Of a DNA stretch of 64,000 nt, positions 60,414 through 64,000 are shown in pieces. The DNA lies in NCBI GenBank assembly GCA_963790475.1, contig CAWBOS010000010.1, positions 1,312,001 to 1,376,000 on the forward strand, given 5' to 3'. Below the pieces are notes generated by a model that worked only from the letters and a program-made list of their open reading frames with translations, had not been told where the DNA came from and made no database searches. The DNA is from an uncultured delta proteobacterium (GTDB taxonomy: Bacteria > Desulfobacterota > RBG-13-43-22). Position 1 is the first letter of the stretch, and every line of letters starts with the position of its first letter. The translations under genes and the position numbers were made by a program.

Positions 60414-61142
60414 ATGTCGATCCCCTTTATTAAATCTCTGCTCTCGGTGCTCCTTCTCCTCTCCGCTTTGTTGGCCCTTTTTACCATGTTCGAAATTTAT
60501 GGGCGTACGGAGAAGAAGTACAACGTAACCAAGCTGCAGAAGGTTCATAGGGTCAATGGGTTTTTCTTTCTTCTTCTCTTTATGATCATCTCCTTTTTAT
60601 GTCTCCGTTACTTTTTATATGCCCAACCCGACCTTGCACCCCGAGGCGCGCTCCATACGGTGATTTCTCTGGCCCTCTTTTCCCTTCTTTGCTTCAAAGT
60701 CTTCGTGGCCTCCGGTTATAAAGGGTTCTATGGTAAAATGCCCGTTGCCGGTCTTTGGATTGCCCTGCTTACCTTTGTTCTTTTTGGCACCTCGGGCGGC
60801 TATTACCTCCTGGCCGAGGTCATGGGCAAGGAAAAGGGGCCGGAGCCAGCGATCCAGCGGGGGGAAATCCCTCTGCTGACGGACCCCAAGAGCATTGCTA
60901 CCGGACAGGCCCTTTTTTCCCATTTGTGCAAAAGCTGTCACTATTCCAACCGGACCGACACGATCATCGGACCCGGTTTGAAGGGTCTGCTCAAAGGGCC
61001 ACGGCTGCCGGTCAGCGGAAGACCGGCGACCGCCGAGCACGTCTTTAATCAACTTCGAAAACCTTTTAAGGATATGCCTTCATTCAAATATCTCCCTGAT
61101 GAAGAGGTCTTTGAGATCATCGCCTATTTAAACACCCTCTGA
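60414..61142 (+). CDS. Membrane protein (4 TM with His residues) fused to a monoheme cytochrome c
   Basis: TM helices with HR..G and LH; CKSCH, GPGL and distal MP. Confidence 0.8.
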   Translation: MSIPFIKSLLSVLLLLSALLALFTMFEIYGRTEKKYNVTKLQKVHRVNGFFFLLLFMIISFLCLRYFLYAQPDLAPRGALHTVISLALFSLLCFKVFVASGYKGFYGKMPVAGLWIALLTFVLFGTSGGYYLLAEVMGKEKGPEPAIQRGEIPLLTDPKSIATGQALFSHLCKSCHYSNRTDTIIGPGLKGLLKGPRLPVSGRPATAEHVFNQLRKPFKDMPSFKYLPDEEVFEIIAYLNTL

Positions 61143-61171
61143 GCCGAACCGGAACTTAAAGGAGAACTTTT

Positions 61172-63241
61172 ATGCCCCGAGACATACCCATTGGCAATGG
61201 CAGCCTGCTGATCACCTTCGACGAGGATTACGGCCTGCGAGATATTTATTATCCTCATGTGGGCAAGGAAAATCATAGCGACGGGCATAAGTTCAGGATG
61301 GGGGTCTGGGCCGAAGGGAAATTGTGGTGGATCGACAAAAGCTGGGACCTCCTTCTGGATTACGCCCCTGACACCCTCTCCACGCAGGTAACCGCCGGCA
61401 ACCAGTCCTTGGGGGCTTTTTTGGAGTGCAGCGATTTGGTGGACTACCGGGAGAACATCTATTTAAAGAAAGTCCTCATTAAAAACCAAGCCGACCGGGA
61501 AAGGGAATTCCGGCTCTTTTTTCATCAGGATTCTTATATCCTGGAATCTCCCAGCGGTGACACCGCCTATTATGATCCGGATGAAAAGGCCATCATCCAT
61601 TACAAGGGCAATCGTTATTTGCTTATCAGCGGTATCCGCGGCGGACAGCACGGCCTCGACCAGTATGCCACCGGGGTCAAGGAATTCCATGGTCTGGAGG
61701 GGACCTTCAGAGATGCCGAAGACGGCTTACTCCAGGGAAACCCCATTGCCCAAGGCTCGGTGGACTCGACCCTGTCTTTCTGGGTGACCATCGGGCCTCA
61801 TGAGGAGCAGTTGATCTATTACTGGATCGTGGCCGGAAGAGATTACGCCGAGGTCAGCCAACTGAATAAGATGGTCCTGGGTCATGGGCCGGAACACTTC
61901 GCCGGGCGGACCCGGAATTATTGGCAGGCCTGGTTGAATACCCGGGAACGGGATTTTGCCGACCTGCCGGCCGAGGTAACCGACCTCTTCAACAAGTCTC
62001 TCCTCATACTCAGTACCAACCTCGACTCCGGCGGGGCCATCGTGTCCGCCAACGACACAGACATTCAGCACTTCGCCCGGGACTCCTACAGTTATATGTG
62101 GCCCCGGGACGGGGCCTTCGCCGCCTATGCCCTGGATATGGCCGGCTACCTGGGACCCACCCGGACCTTTTTCGACTTCTGCCTGGATATCATCAACGAA
62201 GGCAAGGAGTCCATGGGCTTTTTTCTCCACAAATATCATCCGGACGGGTGTCTGGGAAGCTCCTGGCATCCCTGGCAAACCGACGGCCAGAAAAGGCTGC
62301 CCATTCAGGAAGACGGCACCGGGCTGATGCTTTGGGCCCTTTGGTTCCATTTCAATAGATTCCGTGAGATCGAATTCGCCGCCCACCAATACGAACACCT
62401 GGTGATACGCTGCGGAGACTTTCTGGCTTCCTACCGGGACAACGACACCGGCCTGCCCTTGCCTTCCTATGACCTGTGGGAGGAAAAATGGGGTGTCCAC
62501 ACTTTTACCGTCTCCGCTGTCTTCGCCGGACTGAAAGCCGCTGAGAATTTTAGCCGATTTTTCGGAAACACCAAAAGGGAACGGATCTATGGCCGGGCGG
62601 CCGCGGAGGTAAAGGCCGCCATGGAGGAACATCTGTTTCATAAAGAACAGAATCGGTTTCTGAAGAGCGTTCTTCCCCGCGAAGACGGTTCCTGGGAGAG
62701 TGATGCCACGGTGGATGCCAGCATTTATGCCCCTTTTTACTTCGGTCTTTTTCCCCCCGATGACCGACGGGTTGTCAGCACCATGCAGGCCATCCAGGAT
62801 CGTCTCCAGGTCAAGACCGAGGTGGGGGGATATGCCCGTTATGAAGGGGACGGCTACTTTCGGGCCTCCGAGGATTTGGCCCAGGTCCCGGGCAATCCCT
62901 GGCTTATCTGTACCCTCTGGCTGGCCCAGTGGCATATCGCCAAGGCCAGGACCCGAGCCGAACTGGCCGAGGCCCTGCCCTTCTTGGAATGGGTGAGCCG
63001 GCGGGCCAGGCCTTCCGGGGTCCTGGCCGAACAGGTTCATCCCCACACCGGGCAGCCCCTGTCGGTTTCGCCCTTAACCTGGAGCCACGCCGCCTATATC
63101 ACCACCGTGCTTGAATACATCGATAAATTTAATGGTCAAGAGGTCTGCCCTACCTGCGGCCGGTCCTTGATCCTGAACCGGGAAAATACACCATCCGCTG
63201 AAAGGAATCGAGTCCATGACCACAAAGGGGAGGCTGATTGA
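61172..63241 (+). CDS. Glycoside hydrolase family 15 (glucoamylase-like)
   Basis: YSYMWPRDG, QEDGT, DLWEE, LAEQV, PLTWSHA. Confidence 0.92.
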   Translation: MPRDIPIGNGSLLITFDEDYGLRDIYYPHVGKENHSDGHKFRMGVWAEGKLWWIDKSWDLLLDYAPDTLSTQVTAGNQSLGAFLECSDLVDYRENIYLKKVLIKNQADREREFRLFFHQDSYILESPSGDTAYYDPDEKAIIHYKGNRYLLISGIRGGQHGLDQYATGVKEFHGLEGTFRDAEDGLLQGNPIAQGSVDSTLSFWVTIGPHEEQLIYYWIVAGRDYAEVSQLNKMVLGHGPEHFAGRTRNYWQAWLNTRERDFADLPAEVTDLFNKSLLILSTNLDSGGAIVSANDTDIQHFARDSYSYMWPRDGAFAAYALDMAGYLGPTRTFFDFCLDIINEGKESMGFFLHKYHPDGCLGSSWHPWQTDGQKRLPIQEDGTGLMLWALWFHFNRFREIEFAAHQYEHLVIRCGDFLASYRDNDTGLPLPSYDLWEEKWGVHTFTVSAVFAGLKAAENFSRFFGNTKRERIYGRAAAEVKAAMEEHLFHKEQNRFLKSVLPREDGSWESDATVDASIYAPFYFGLFPPDDRRVVSTMQAIQDRLQVKTEVGGYARYEGDGYFRASEDLAQVPGNPWLICTLWLAQWHIAKARTRAELAEALPFLEWVSRRARPSGVLAEQVHPHTGQPLSVSPLTWSHAAYITTVLEYIDKFNGQEVCPTCGRSLILNRENTPSAERNRVHDHKGEAD

Positions 63242-63243
63242 GA

Positions 63244-63465
63244 ATGGGAAAGGTTGAAGACAGTTTTGATAACGAGATGATCTGCACCAAGTTCTGCGGC
63301 GTTTGCCCGACCTATCCGGGGGTCAAGGGGCAATTACTTTTTTGCGCCCGCGGTAAAAGCAGTTCCCCGAAGCAGAAGGCCGGATGCAACTGCGGGCTTT
63401 GCGATATCTGGAATAAATACGATCTCGCCGATTTTTATTACTGCCGCCAAGGGCCGGCCGAATGA
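63244..63465 (+). CDS. Small Cys-rich protein, DUF2769-like
   Basis: C...C..CPTY......LFCARGKS......GC.C..C.......L...YYC..G. Confidence 0.7.
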   Translation: MGKVEDSFDNEMICTKFCGVCPTYPGVKGQLLFCARGKSSSPKQKAGCNCGLCDIWNKYDLADFYYCRQGPAE

Positions 63466-63481
63466 TCCGGGCACATAGAAG

Positions 63482-63554
63482 TCAGCGATCAGCATTCAGC
63501 TAACCCCTTAACAGTAAAGGATTTCGCTGATAACTAAAAGCTGATGGCTGATAG
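63482..63554. repeat. Degenerate 7-mer (TCAGC/GCTGA) inverted tract
   Basis: tcagcgatcagcattcagct ... gctgataactaaaagctgatggctgatagc. Confidence 0.55.
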
Positions 63555-63567
63555 CTCTCATAAGGTG

Positions 63568-64000
63568 TCAGTTTTTGAAAAAAAGAGTGTTCTTGACCGG
63601 ATTCTTTCCGTCAAAATAAATGGGTAATCCCTCCCAGCCCCAAAACAAACCTGCGGATACTTTCATGGCTTGTACATGCAGATGGGGTTGACTCGTCCAT
63701 CCGGAATTCCCCGCCCGGGCAATGGCCTGCCCCTCCCTGACCTTTTCGCCCACTTTGACAAGGATACTTCCTTTTTGCAGATGACCCATTAAAACCCCGA
63801 ATTCTTTGGTGGCAATCAACACATGGTTGCCGACATTGTAAGGAGGATTACCGCGCCAGGGGGTTTCATTAGGCCATTTGTCTTCGACATCAAGGACTTC
63901 GCCTTCACACGGACTGTAAACGATTTGGTTAAAAACAGCATATCTCTCCTTTAGCATGGGCAGAAACCCATAGGCATCATTTCCCCAGGGGGTGACCTTG
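63568..64000 (-). CDS. M23 family metallopeptidase, 5'-truncated by the window edge
   Basis: GNHV, HLQKGS, GNSG....PHLH. Confidence 0.85.
   Translation of the reverse strand, partial: KVTPWGNDAYGFLPMLKERYAVFNQIVYSPCEGEVLDVEDKWPNETPWRGNPPYNVGNHVLIATKEFGVLMGHLQKGSILVKVGEKVREGQAIARAGNSGWTSQPHLHVQAMKVSAGLFWGWEGLPIYFDGKNPVKNTLFFKN

Noticed and set aside
61727-63046. Long antisense ORFs (439 aa here; also 3404-4291, 13302-14162, 32195-33019)
   Set aside because: They mirror well-supported genes, are expected from codon bias, and have no motifs

Overview
A 64 kb stretch of bacterial chromosome. Gene content and intergenic style suggest an anaerobic Desulfobacterota/deltaproteobacterial genome, probably a MAG; this is inference. 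The flanks are ordinary: a CoA ligase, ferritin-like protein, RpoH-like sigma factor, TPR lipoprotein, MFS, MogA, an EF-G paralogue, livKHMGF, a MurU/AmgK-like pair, Uup and GH15. The centre (about 11.3-41.3 kb) is a co-oriented array of six large STAND (NLR-like) ATPase-TPR genes. Five carry a class III nucleotide cyclase and one a Ser/Thr kinase with a WNK-like displaced lysine; five also have an N-terminal double zinc ribbon. The array shows signs of turnover: a recently copied cyclase segment, a 5' gene stub behind a strong promoter, a 3' gene stub with its conserved spacer, varied nucleotide-specificity residues, and divergent AT-richer TPR tails. It is interleaved with two reverse-strand toxin-antitoxin pairs, an ATPase-nuclease gene, catabolic enzymes and a twin-hairpin repeat with covarying stems. 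Several single-base frameshifts, including in housekeeping genes, look like assembly indels. I saw no rRNA, tRNA, CRISPR array, integrase, transposase or reverse transcriptase. All calls come from motif reading only; no database searches were run.
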